From: Planctomycetota bacterium
Lineage (GTDB): Bacteria > Planctomycetota > Phycisphaerae > UBA1845
Direction of reading: 5' to 3'
Assembly (NCBI GenBank): GCA_043803085.1
Contig: JAZDKM010000288.1
Span: 3,063-67,062, forward strand
Length of the DNA: 64,000 nucleotides
This document shows positions 8,617 through 17,434 of the stretch, one piece after another. The position numbers and the translations under genes were made by a program. The notes under the pieces were generated by a model. That model did no database searches. It was not told the origin of the DNA and saw only the letters and a program-made list of their open reading frames with translations. Numbering within the stretch: position 1 is the stretch's first letter; each line of letters opens with the position of its first letter.

Positions 8617-9161
8617 TCAGTCGGCCGAGGGTGCTCTCGGCGACCGGAGGTCTGGGGGTTTTACCCCACGACCTCGTTTCACTATCTTATCCAGTATACC
8701 CAGATTCATAGCATTGGTGCCGAATTCATTCTCCGAATTACCCCAGGTGGAAAAACCCCCATTTTTCGGAGGTTTTTTCAAGAATTCGCTGGTAATTCCC
8801 TCGTGGAGGTGCTAATAAGCGTGTTAGCGGTTGTAGGAAGACTGGTCAAGATACGTAAATTCACTCAAGCTGCTCCTCCTTTATGACGATGCGCCGGATA
8901 ACCGCAAGGGGGGCCAAGCAGCAACGGGTGAACCAATCGACCGGTGAGTTTCGTTGAGTCGATTAACGAAAGGAACGGTACGATGGTAGAGTTGCTGTTC
9001 AACTTCTATGACTGGCTACGGGCGTTCATCGATCGGATCCCTTGTTAGGGGCGGACGACCATGATCGAAGTCATCACCCAAATTGATGACATCATCATCG
9101 GCGAGCGCTAAGCGTCGCCCGCCGGCTTGGGATCGTTGGGGGCGCCGACCGTGAGGGTCGG

Positions 9162-10211
9162 TCAGGCGGGCCAAACGCCGTAGTACGTCGCGACGGGGAG
9201 GGCGGTGACGCGAACGACCGCGGTCGCGATGGCGCCGAGTTCACCATTACTCAGGGGCGTGGCGTAGCTTTCCCCAGGCGGCCGGGCAACGGTGTAGATT
9301 TGCACTTGCGCGATGCGCCCGCCGGCGCGGAGGATGTCGAGGAGGCGCGTGCTAAACGCCTCCACCTCTTCGGAAGCTGGCGGGGTGTCGTGCAAGCGCA
9401 TCCACAGGGACTGAATACACAGCGGCCTGACGCGGGCGGCGTGGATGATGTTTTCCACGACGTGGGTGAGAGAGGTATTCGGACGGTTCACGGCCTTAAA
9501 GTAGGCTTCCGTGCCCGCGTCCAGCTTGGTCCAGATCTCGCCCTGGTGGGCGTCCATCATTTCCAGCCCGGCGAGCACGTTCGGTCGCGTCAGATAGCAC
9601 GCGTCGGTGATCAAAACGAGCTTGACCTGATCCAGTCCGTGGGCCTGCTTGAGCTCGGCCGCTAGTTGGACCGCCTCGGCAAACACCGGGCAGGTGGTCG
9701 GCTCGCCATCGCCCGAGAAGGCGATGTCGCGGAGCGGCCGCAACTCCGCGGGCACGTTCGCAAACCGCGGATGCTCCAACAGTGACCCGTCCGTGGCCCA
9801 GAGGAGCATCACATCCAGTTCGCCACGCAGCATCGCCAGGTCCACCTCACGCACCCGCGGCGTCCCCGCCCGGTCCACCTGGCAATAAACACAAGCGAAG
9901 TTACAGGCCGTGTCCGGGTTCAGATTGATCCCTATGCTCAGGCCCCCACTCCGCCGCGAGATCACCGGATAAACATACAGGTTGCCAGCCCAGTCGCGGG
10001 GGTGTTCGGTAAAGATGTGTAGTGGGTATCGTTTCACCGGATCTCTCGCTGAGTCAAGATAGCTATCAGCTTTCAGCCGCAATTCCCAATCGGAGGATAT
10101 TAAGCGGCGCCGACGGTTGAGGCTACACCAAGGGCACGGAACCCCACCATCCATAGCCCATCTATGAAGCAGAGTCTGCCAAACCGCCGGGGTGAGAGCG
10201 GATTTTTCCAC
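9162..10211 (-). CDS. radical SAM protein (COG0731/Tyw1-related type)
   Basis: 'VYPVISRRSGGLSIGINLNPDTACNFACVYCQV' contains the CxxxCxxC cluster, and 'AFSGDGEPT' is a SAM-binding motif. GTG start; an alternative ATG lies 19 codons in. No SPASM-type extra Cys cluster is seen. Confidence 0.8.
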   Translation of the reverse strand: MEKSALTPAVWQTLLHRWAMDGGVPCPWCSLNRRRRLISSDWELRLKADSYLDSARDPVKRYPLHIFTEHPRDWAGNLYVYPVISRRSGGLSIGINLNPDTACNFACVYCQVDRAGTPRVREVDLAMLRGELDVMLLWATDGSLLEHPRFANVPAELRPLRDIAFSGDGEPTTCPVFAEAVQLAAELKQAHGLDQVKLVLITDACYLTRPNVLAGLEMMDAHQGEIWTKLDAGTEAYFKAVNRPNTSLTHVVENIIHAARVRPLCIQSLWMRLHDTPPASEEVEAFSTRLLDILRAGGRIAQVQIYTVARPPGESYATPLSNGELGAIATAVVRVTALPVATYYGVWPA

Positions 10212-10352
10212 CCCCGCTTGGACCGCTTGCTCTGAGAGCAGTAGAAGGTAGAGTAGGCTGGGGCTTGCGGAGCGAACCGGGCCTTTGAAGGCCCGTGGAG
10301 CGGTCCGGCGTTTCGCTCAGCCATCTGGTGCCATCAAGCGAGTAACCGACCG

Positions 10353-10883
10353 ATGGACATGGTCAACCTCTGGGACCTGATTCGCGACGTGCCCGATTTT
10401 CCCAAGCCGGGGATCCTCTTCAAGGACATCACCCCGTTGCTGGCGGACCCGGCCGGGCTGTCCCTCGCCGTCGAATACCTCACCCAGCCCTTCCGGAGCA
10501 TGTCCATTGACGTGGTGGTCGGGGCGGAGTCGCGCGGGTTCATCTTCGGCACCGCGGTGGCGCGGAACCTGTCGGCCGGCTTCGTCCCCATCCGCAAACC
10601 GGGCAGGCTGCCCTGCAAGACGCGCTCGGAAGAATACGCCCTCGAATACGGCGTGGATCGGTTGGAAATCCACGAGGACGCCATCCGGCCGGGCATGCAA
10701 GTCCTGATGATCGACGACCTTCTGGCCACCGGCGGAACGATGGCGGCCTGCTGCCGGCTTGTCGAATCGTTGGGCGGCAAGATTGCCGGCGTCGCCTTCC
10801 TGATCGAGCTGTGCTTCCTCCACGGGCGCAAAGCCCTTGCCAAGTACCCGATCCACTCGGTTCTCGAAGTCCGGGACGCGTGA
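10353..10883 (+). CDS. apt: adenine phosphoribosyltransferase
   Basis: 'FPKPGILFKDITPLL', 'VVGAESRGFIFG', and the PRPP loop 'VLMIDDLLATGGT'. Confidence 0.95.
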   Translation: MDMVNLWDLIRDVPDFPKPGILFKDITPLLADPAGLSLAVEYLTQPFRSMSIDVVVGAESRGFIFGTAVARNLSAGFVPIRKPGRLPCKTRSEEYALEYGVDRLEIHEDAIRPGMQVLMIDDLLATGGTMAACCRLVESLGGKIAGVAFLIELCFLHGRKALAKYPIHSVLEVRDA

Positions 10884-11054
10884 GTTCTCTGTCCTGTGCG
10901 ATTGATGAGTATTCCGACGTTACTCTGGTGCCGGCTCTTGGATCTGTTCTAGCCTCTCCGCGTGGTCGGGTAGAATGCCGGCGTGGACGAGCTGCGGCAC
11001 CACAGTGGCCCACCGTAGTTCGCGAGCAAAGACCGTCTTGAAGACCGGCAGCGC

Positions 11055-12404
11055 CTAGTCGAGTTGTCCGTTGGCCGTCAGGGGCACCGACGGCGCGACC
11101 AACTCCAGCGCTTTGGCCAATTGACGGTCGATGAAGATGCTCGGTCCAGTTGGTCCCGTCAGGCGGGTGGTCGTCGGAATGCGGGCGACATCCTGCGTCG
11201 TCGGGAAGTCGACGGCCGCGTCTACGAGACGCCGAGACTCCTGGATTGCCTCCAACTCCTCGTCCGTCAGGACCACTTCGACATCGGGAATAATGCCCCA
11301 ATCCTCGGTGGCGGCGTTGGCAGGCGTCTTATGGATGATGCGGCCGTTAGGCAGTTTGTAGTACGCGACAGTCAGCCGCAGCGCCGCCGCCCGGTCGCGC
11401 AGGTCGATGACGTGCTGCACCACGCCCTTGCCGAGGGAACGAGTACCCACTACCGTAGCCCGCCCATGGGCCTGTAGGGAACCGGCGACAATCTCCGCGG
11501 CACTGGCCGACGCGCCGTTGATGAGCACCACCAATTCGACGTCCCCAAACTCGCCCTCCTGGTGCGCATAGTACTGGGACACGGCCTGGCGGCGTGTCAC
11601 GGTCGAGACGATGATCCCTTCGGACACGAACCGGTCCACCATGTCGATGGCTTGCGACATGAGACCGCCGCCGTTGAACCGCAAATCGAGGATGAGTGCC
11701 TGAACGCCGGTCTCGCGGAACTCGTCGAGTGCCGCGTCGAAGTCGTCTGTGGTATTACCCTGAAAACTGGCGACACGCACATAGGCGACGGCGCCCACGG
11801 GGTCGATCACGTAATCCCAGTGTCCCGGCGCGAGGTGGCGGAACCCCTTCACCCCGTGGACGCTCACCGGGCCGCGGGACACCACGATGTCTTCGGCCTC
11901 CTCATTACCGCGGTGCCGGACGGTCAGGGTGACATGGCTGCCGGCGGGTCCGTAGAGTGACTCGCTCACGTCGGAAACGGTCAGATCGTCGGTGAGGCGG
12001 TCGTCCACGGCGAGAATCACGTCGCCCGCCCGGATACCGGCGTGGACTGCGGGCCCGTCCTCCAGGGGCGCGATGACCATGAGCTGCCCGCGGTGGATGC
12101 CGGTCTCGACGCCGATGCCGATGTAGCGGCCCGTGGTGCTGCGGCGGAACGACTCCATCTCAGCCGGGCCGATGTAGCCACTATACGGATCGAGTTGGCG
12201 CATCATGCCGCGGACCGCACCTTCCAGCAATCGGGTGTCGGTAATGGGCTCCACGTAGTTCTGGCGGATGAGGGCATCGACCTCCAGAAGAGGGCCGTAG
12301 GAGCGTTGGAGCGGATCGGGCTCCGCCGCCATCCGGGGGAAGCGGAAAAACAAAACCGCGATCCCAAGAATGACCGCCAGCCAGACTAGGTTGCGTCGTG
12401 ACAC
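11055..12404 (-). CDS. S41 family C-terminal processing peptidase with PDZ domain
   Basis: N-terminal TM anchor, a PDZ segment (GIRAGDVILAVDD), and the S41 core ('LILDLRFNGGGL', 'INGASASAAEIVAGSLQ'). The GTG start overlaps the upstream stop by 1 nt (TAGTG). Confidence 0.9.
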   Translation of the reverse strand: MSRRNLVWLAVILGIAVLFFRFPRMAAEPDPLQRSYGPLLEVDALIRQNYVEPITDTRLLEGAVRGMMRQLDPYSGYIGPAEMESFRRSTTGRYIGIGVETGIHRGQLMVIAPLEDGPAVHAGIRAGDVILAVDDRLTDDLTVSDVSESLYGPAGSHVTLTVRHRGNEEAEDIVVSRGPVSVHGVKGFRHLAPGHWDYVIDPVGAVAYVRVASFQGNTTDDFDAALDEFRETGVQALILDLRFNGGGLMSQAIDMVDRFVSEGIIVSTVTRRQAVSQYYAHQEGEFGDVELVVLINGASASAAEIVAGSLQAHGRATVVGTRSLGKGVVQHVIDLRDRAAALRLTVAYYKLPNGRIIHKTPANAATEDWGIIPDVEVVLTDEELEAIQESRRLVDAAVDFPTTQDVARIPTTTRLTGPTGPSIFIDRQLAKALELVAPSVPLTANGQLD

Positions 12405-13468
12405 TAGCGAACCACTACGCGGGTCACCAGCAGGATCCAGGCAAACGAGGACTGGATGACCAGCGCTTTGACGTAGGTTTTAGCCGTGGGTGCGTCGCTC
12501 CCGAAGCCGCCGTGCCGTTGCGCGTACCATAGTCCGACGGCCGTCACCACGCACGATGAGAGCACGAGCACGATCGCGCCGGAAGTCAGCCCGCGCCTCC
12601 ATGACGGGCGCGCGGCGCCGGCCAGGGCCGCAACCACCATCACGCCGAACCACACGGTCTGCGATGCCCGGACCGGCCACTGGCCCTTATAAGACAGCCA
12701 GGTAAAGACCATCAAGGCGATCAAAGCCCCGCCGCCGACCGCGCCCAGCCCCACGGCACCGGTCCGCGACGAGCTCGCGCAGACGGCCCAGGCCAGCAGC
12801 GCGAAAGCGGCCGCATACGCGAATTGGACAGCGCGCGGAAAGTCGGGGAGCGCGCTGCTGGGACGAGGCCAATACTCCCAAGTGATGAGGGCGACCACTG
12901 TGAGCATCATCGCCGCAAGCACGCGCGCAGGCCGGGCCTGTCCAGGACTCGCCAGCCAACCTCCGATGCCGGCACCCCCCGTCATGGCCAGCCAACAAGC
13001 CACCACGGTCATCGTTCCGAGCCAGGCGTACATGACGGCGGTGAGCCACCACAAGACCGCCTGGGACTGAGCAGACTGAGCGGCCAGGGACTCCTGAGAT
13101 TGGGCGCCCCGCGCAACCTCGGGGGTCGTCGGGGTCTCTTCCAGGTCCATCACGGCCTCGTCGAGCCCGCCTCCCGCGGGCTGGGCCGGGTTGGCCAACT
13201 CCGGAGGCGGAGGCTTGAAACCCAAGACCTGTGACCAGTCCACCAGGCCCGGAAGGTGAACCACGGCGTCGCAGTAAGCGCCGCCAAGGAAGTGCCGTAC
13301 TGGGAACCAAGTGACGTAGAGCCACACCGCGGCCACCAACAGCGTGACACATCCCAGCCACCGCCGGCCATTGACTTGGAGCGGAGGTGTGCTCCGCTTG
13401 GCGCGGGGAGAAACGACTCCGCCTTCAGAGTAGACGACCGTGATGTTCAGGTCCTGCTGCGTCGCCAT
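12404..13468 (-). CDS. polytopic membrane protein, unknown function
   Basis: 354 aa with about 8 hydrophobic helices. Starts 3 nt after the upstream M16 gene stop and overlaps the downstream protease start. Confidence 0.6.
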   Translation of the reverse strand: MATQQDLNITVVYSEGGVVSPRAKRSTPPLQVNGRRWLGCVTLLVAAVWLYVTWFPVRHFLGGAYCDAVVHLPGLVDWSQVLGFKPPPPELANPAQPAGGGLDEAVMDLEETPTTPEVARGAQSQESLAAQSAQSQAVLWWLTAVMYAWLGTMTVVACWLAMTGGAGIGGWLASPGQARPARVLAAMMLTVVALITWEYWPRPSSALPDFPRAVQFAYAAAFALLAWAVCASSSRTGAVGLGAVGGGALIALMVFTWLSYKGQWPVRASQTVWFGVMVVAALAGAARPSWRRGLTSGAIVLVLSSCVVTAVGLWYAQRHGGFGSDAPTAKTYVKALVIQSSFAWILLVTRVVVR

Positions 13469-13471
13469 CGC

Positions 13472-14728
13472 CTAGTTTACCGGAGGATAAGCGCGTGGCC
13501 CTACGCTGACCAAGTAGCCCTCGCCATCGATGGGGTAGCGCTCGAAATACTCCCGGATCGAGTCGTATCCTACCCGCGCCACCGCCGCCAACCTTTCCTC
13601 CACCGTCCGTGGCTGACCCCGGTAGTCCGTGTCGTCCATGATCTGCACCAAGCGATAATACGGCGACTCGCCCTCGACCGCCAGGGAAGTCCGGCGACGG
13701 TTCTTAACGCGGTCGATTTCACGCTGCTCCACCTGGTGGCGGCTGATGGCGGCGGCTTCGGCGCACATGGCCTCGACCAGCTTTTCGGCCTTCTCCGGCT
13801 CGCCCTGGGCAGAGAGAATCAGCAGTCCGTTATCGGCATAATCCAGCGGCCACGCACCGGCCTGCGGGCTCAGGCCGGTCTGCATGATATTCCAGTAGAA
13901 CCGCGAGTTATCGCCCCCGAGGATGGCGGCCACCGCCTGGGCGGTTTCGTGCAAGGGGTCCGTCGCCGCCGGTGCCGGGAAGCAAATCGCGACCAACTGT
14001 TGTTTGAACCGTTCTACACACTTGACGGCGATGCCAGTCCGTACCTGCGGTGCCGAGCGCTGGTTTACCGCCCGGTGGGGGACCCACGCTCCGCAGTGGC
14101 GCTCGGCCGCCTCGAGGATCGTCTCCGGGGCAGCGCTGCCAGCCGCGATCAACACCATGTTGGCCGGGACGTAGCGCTCTCTGAAATAGGCATACATGTG
14201 CTCGCGGGTCAGGTTGCGGAGCGTCTCCTGGTAGCCCAGCACCGGCCACCCCAACGCGTGCCCGGCGAACACCTGCTCGAGGATGAAATCGAAGGCCACG
14301 TGCTCGAGGTGGTCGGCGGACATTGCGATTTCTTCGAGCACGACGTTCTTTTCGGTGTCGAACTCGTGAGGCGGAAGCGCGGACCGCATCATGTCCGCCA
14401 GCAACTCGATTTGAGCGTCGATGTCGGCCGAGCGTACCACGCCGTAGTAGAATGTGCGGTCCTGACTCGTGAAAGCATTGGGATGGCCGCCCAGCACGTC
14501 GAAGTCCACGTTGAGTTGATAGGCCGTGCGTTTTTCGGTGCCTTTGAAGCACATGTGTTCCAGGAAGTGAGACACGCCCGCCTGTACGCGATGCTCGTCC
14601 CTTGCTCCGGTGCGGACCAGGAACCCGGCCGCCGTGGTCTTGACCTCGGGCATGTGCTCGATCATCACCCGAAGCCCGTTGCTCAACTGCGCTGTCGTAA
14701 AGGGATACGCCATGGTTCTATTAGCCAT
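13472..14728 (-). CDS. M16 (pitrilysin) family zinc peptidase, catalytic subunit
   Basis: Inverted zinc motif HFLEH in 'GVSHFLEHMCFKGTEKR'; 418 aa. Confidence 0.9.
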   Translation of the reverse strand: MANRTMAYPFTTAQLSNGLRVMIEHMPEVKTTAAGFLVRTGARDEHRVQAGVSHFLEHMCFKGTEKRTAYQLNVDFDVLGGHPNAFTSQDRTFYYGVVRSADIDAQIELLADMMRSALPPHEFDTEKNVVLEEIAMSADHLEHVAFDFILEQVFAGHALGWPVLGYQETLRNLTREHMYAYFRERYVPANMVLIAAGSAAPETILEAAERHCGAWVPHRAVNQRSAPQVRTGIAVKCVERFKQQLVAICFPAPAATDPLHETAQAVAAILGGDNSRFYWNIMQTGLSPQAGAWPLDYADNGLLILSAQGEPEKAEKLVEAMCAEAAAISRHQVEQREIDRVKNRRRTSLAVEGESPYYRLVQIMDDTDYRGQPRTVEERLAAVARVGYDSIREYFERYPIDGEGYLVSVGPRAYPPVN

Positions 14729-14742
14729 GAAGACACGAAGAG

Positions 14743-14854
<112 letters not shown>

Positions 14855-14873
14855 GTTCGTACTCGTCACCGCC

Positions 14874-16139
14874 TCACAGTGCGGTAGGACAGCTTAACTC
14901 GCGTGGTCCGAGGGTCACCACGCACAGCGGGGCGCGAGGACGGTCCGCGACATAGCGCTTCACATCATCCAGCGTCACCGCCTGGACGCGCTCGATCTTT
15001 TCCTGACGCGGCATGGGCCGCCCGAGGTGGAACAGGTCGGTGATCAACTCGCTGCACCGCAACCGGGTGACGTCGCCGGCCATCTCGCTACGCACCAGGA
15101 TACCGGCCTTGGTCCGCGCGAGCTCGTCTTCGGTGAGATCCTCGCCCAGTCGGCCGAGTTCGCGGAGCAGCGCTTGGTAAGTCTTGTCGCAACGGGCCGG
15201 TGTGGTGGACGCGCCCACGAAGATCATCCCCGCCGCACGCGGATGCTCGTGCCAGGCACCGACCCAATAGACCAGACCCAGTTTCTCGCGCACTTCGGTG
15301 AACAAGCGGGCGCTCATCCCCCCCGACAGCACGCCCAGAATCACCCGCTCGACCGAATGGTCGGCATGGTCGATGGGCACACCCGCAAAGCACAACCCGA
15401 TGTGCTCTTGTTCCGTGTCCTTCGGAAAGTGCCAATTGCCCGCCGCTAACTCAACCGGCTTGGCCTGCCGGCCCGCAGGTTCTGCCGCGCCGAACCCTGC
15501 AAAGCAGTCCTCCAGCGTCGCTGCCACGGCCGCCGGTCCGAGCGGCCCGGCGACGGCCACGAGCATGCACCCCGCACGGTAAGTCGCCTCCCACTGCCTG
15601 CGGATCTCCTCCCGGCCGATCCGCTCCAAAGTCTCCCGTTCGCCCAACGTGTGCCGCCCCAACCGCGGACCGTAGCCTTTGAGGCCCAGCAGCTTGTCCA
15701 GCAGGGCATGCGGATCGTCCTCCAGGGCCGTGATTTCCTGGCGGGCAAGTTCGACGGCCACCGCACACGACTCCTCCGGGAACGTCGGCGTCCGCAGAAA
15801 CTCCGCGTGCAGTGCCATAGCTTGGTCGAAGAACTCGGGCAAGCACAGGAAGTGGTAGCCGGAGCACTCGCGGCCGACCCAGGAGCCGTGTGAGCCGCCG
15901 AGCACGTCGAAGGCATCCAACAGTTCCCGGCCGCTACGCTTCTCGGTCCCCTTATCCACCGTGTCGCTGACGAGTCCGGCGACGCCGAGCAGATCAACCG
16001 GCTCGTCCGAAGCGCCCGCCAGGATGCGCAGCTCAGCCGCCACCACCCGGCGCGTCGGCAGGTAAGCCCCGACCAACCCGATTCCGCAGGCCAGGGTTTG
16101 ATGGTAAGTTCCTTCCGGGTTGTGTGCTTCTGGTGCCAT
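14874..16139 (-). CDS. M16 family peptidase-like protein, non-catalytic partner subunit
   Basis: M16 fold blocks are present, but HxxEH is replaced ('GVAGLVSDTVDKGTEKRSG'). Probable start is the ATG at 16139 (MAPEAHN...), 19 nt after the upstream stop. The track ORF extends to 16187. Confidence 0.85.
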   Translation of the reverse strand: MAPEAHNPEGTYHQTLACGIGLVGAYLPTRRVVAAELRILAGASDEPVDLLGVAGLVSDTVDKGTEKRSGRELLDAFDVLGGSHGSWVGRECSGYHFLCLPEFFDQAMALHAEFLRTPTFPEESCAVAVELARQEITALEDDPHALLDKLLGLKGYGPRLGRHTLGERETLERIGREEIRRQWEATYRAGCMLVAVAGPLGPAAVAATLEDCFAGFGAAEPAGRQAKPVELAAGNWHFPKDTEQEHIGLCFAGVPIDHADHSVERVILGVLSGGMSARLFTEVREKLGLVYWVGAWHEHPRAAGMIFVGASTTPARCDKTYQALLRELGRLGEDLTEDELARTKAGILVRSEMAGDVTRLRCSELITDLFHLGRPMPRQEKIERVQAVTLDDVKRYVADRPRAPLCVVTLGPRELSCPTAL

Positions 16140-16158
16140 CGTCGCGTGACCCCAGGCG

Positions 16159-17379
16159 CTACGCCAGCTTCTCGGCGGCGCGAGCAAGGATTCTCTCGAA
16201 GTCCAGCTTGCTCACGCACGCCTTGGACGCCGCGGCGAGGTCGGCCTGGGACCAGTCGCGGGCCTCGGGCGGCAGCGCGGCAAACAGACGCCGAGCCCGG
16301 GCGCGATCGCCGTTCTCCTCGTAGTAGCACAGGTGGCGGGCGATGTCACTGAACGCCGTCTGCGTGCCGGCGGCCCGTCGGCAGCTTCCGTCGCACCCGA
16401 CGCAGTAACCCCTGGGGTGCACCGCCAGCATTCTCTGCACGGCGTCCAGTTCGGCCGTGGTCATCGGCTTGAAGTCGCGAGCGGTCGCTGCATTCTCCTT
16501 GAGCTTGGTGATATTGTCCATGTGCGAGCAGATGGTGGTGAAGCGCTCGTCCGTCCACATGGCGGTGAGAATCGCTCCGACCGGGGTCAGCCCGCGGGTC
16601 TCGAATTCCGGGAACACCTCTTTAATCCCGGGCAGGCCGCCCCGCGATTCTTTCATCGAAATCAAACCGACGCCGGCCTTGTGGCACGCATCGAGCGCCT
16701 TGTTGAATTCGGCATTCTCTCGGACCAGCGACGGATTGACCGCCAGCATGATGGCATCCATCCAGCCGCCTTGGGCCGCGTTGTTGAGCAACGCGGTCCG
16801 CCGCTCGATCGGATTGCAGTGCGAGCTGAAACCGACCAATCGTGCCTTGCCGGATTTCTTGATCCTATCGGCCGCCTTGGCCCACTCGGGGTCTTTAGGC
16901 CAGTCGACGGAAGCCTCCAGCGGATACTCGTCGTCGCCCAGGGCGTGGATGAAGTACAGATCGATGTAGTCCTGCTTGGCGTTCTTCAGCCGCCGGTCCA
17001 GCATCTCCACCCACTGGTCGGGCGTGAACGGGTGGTCCTTGGTGACCAGGACGTATTCCTTGCGGCGGCCGTTTTGGTTCAACCATTCCCCCACCGTACG
17101 CTCCGACTTGCCATTTTCGTAGCAGTCGGCGAGATCGAGGCAGCGAACGCCTTCTTCGTGCAGGAGGTTCAGGTGGCGTTCGCCGATGTCGAACGCCGTG
17201 CCCTGATTCAGGATGGTGACCTCCACGTTCGACCGGCCGAGCCTTCGTCGGGGAAGCGGCCGGTTCTTTTCTTGCGGTTCCTCACCCCTGACAGTCAGCG
17301 GACCCGCGGTGGTTGCGACCGCGGCCGTCGCCGCGCCAACCTTCAAGAACTCGCGTCGTGATACCTTCTGATCCTCCAT
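16159..17379 (-). CDS. Tat-signal aldo/keto reductase with C-terminal Cys-cluster extension
   Basis: Start at the ATG at 17379 with SD GGGAGGAAGG. Twin-arginine motif SRREFLKVGAATAAVA. AKR tetrad context is present (DLADCYENGKSE, LVTKDH, FIHAL). C-terminal 'GYCVGCDGSC...C' resembles COG1453-type Fe-S AKRs. Confidence 0.85.
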   Translation of the reverse strand: MEDQKVSRREFLKVGAATAAVATTAGPLTVRGEEPQEKNRPLPRRRLGRSNVEVTILNQGTAFDIGERHLNLLHEEGVRCLDLADCYENGKSERTVGEWLNQNGRRKEYVLVTKDHPFTPDQWVEMLDRRLKNAKQDYIDLYFIHALGDDEYPLEASVDWPKDPEWAKAADRIKKSGKARLVGFSSHCNPIERRTALLNNAAQGGWMDAIMLAVNPSLVRENAEFNKALDACHKAGVGLISMKESRGGLPGIKEVFPEFETRGLTPVGAILTAMWTDERFTTICSHMDNITKLKENAATARDFKPMTTAELDAVQRMLAVHPRGYCVGCDGSCRRAAGTQTAFSDIARHLCYYEENGDRARARRLFAALPPEARDWSQADLAAASKACVSKLDFERILARAAEKLA

Positions 17380-17434
17380 AGCCTTCCTCCCTTGTGCTGT
17401 GTTCCCTAAAGGACCTCTTTGACGAAAGCCGATC

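Noticed and set aside
8983-9111. The two micro-ORFs as RiPP precursors for the adjacent radical SAM enzyme.
   Set aside because: The genes are convergent, not co-oriented. The enzyme resembles the COG0731/Tyw1-like class and shows no SPASM/twitch auxiliary-cluster cysteines or RRE-like domain. The peptides lack the Cys/Ser/Thr-rich cores typical of such substrates. This is mentioned only as a weak possibility.
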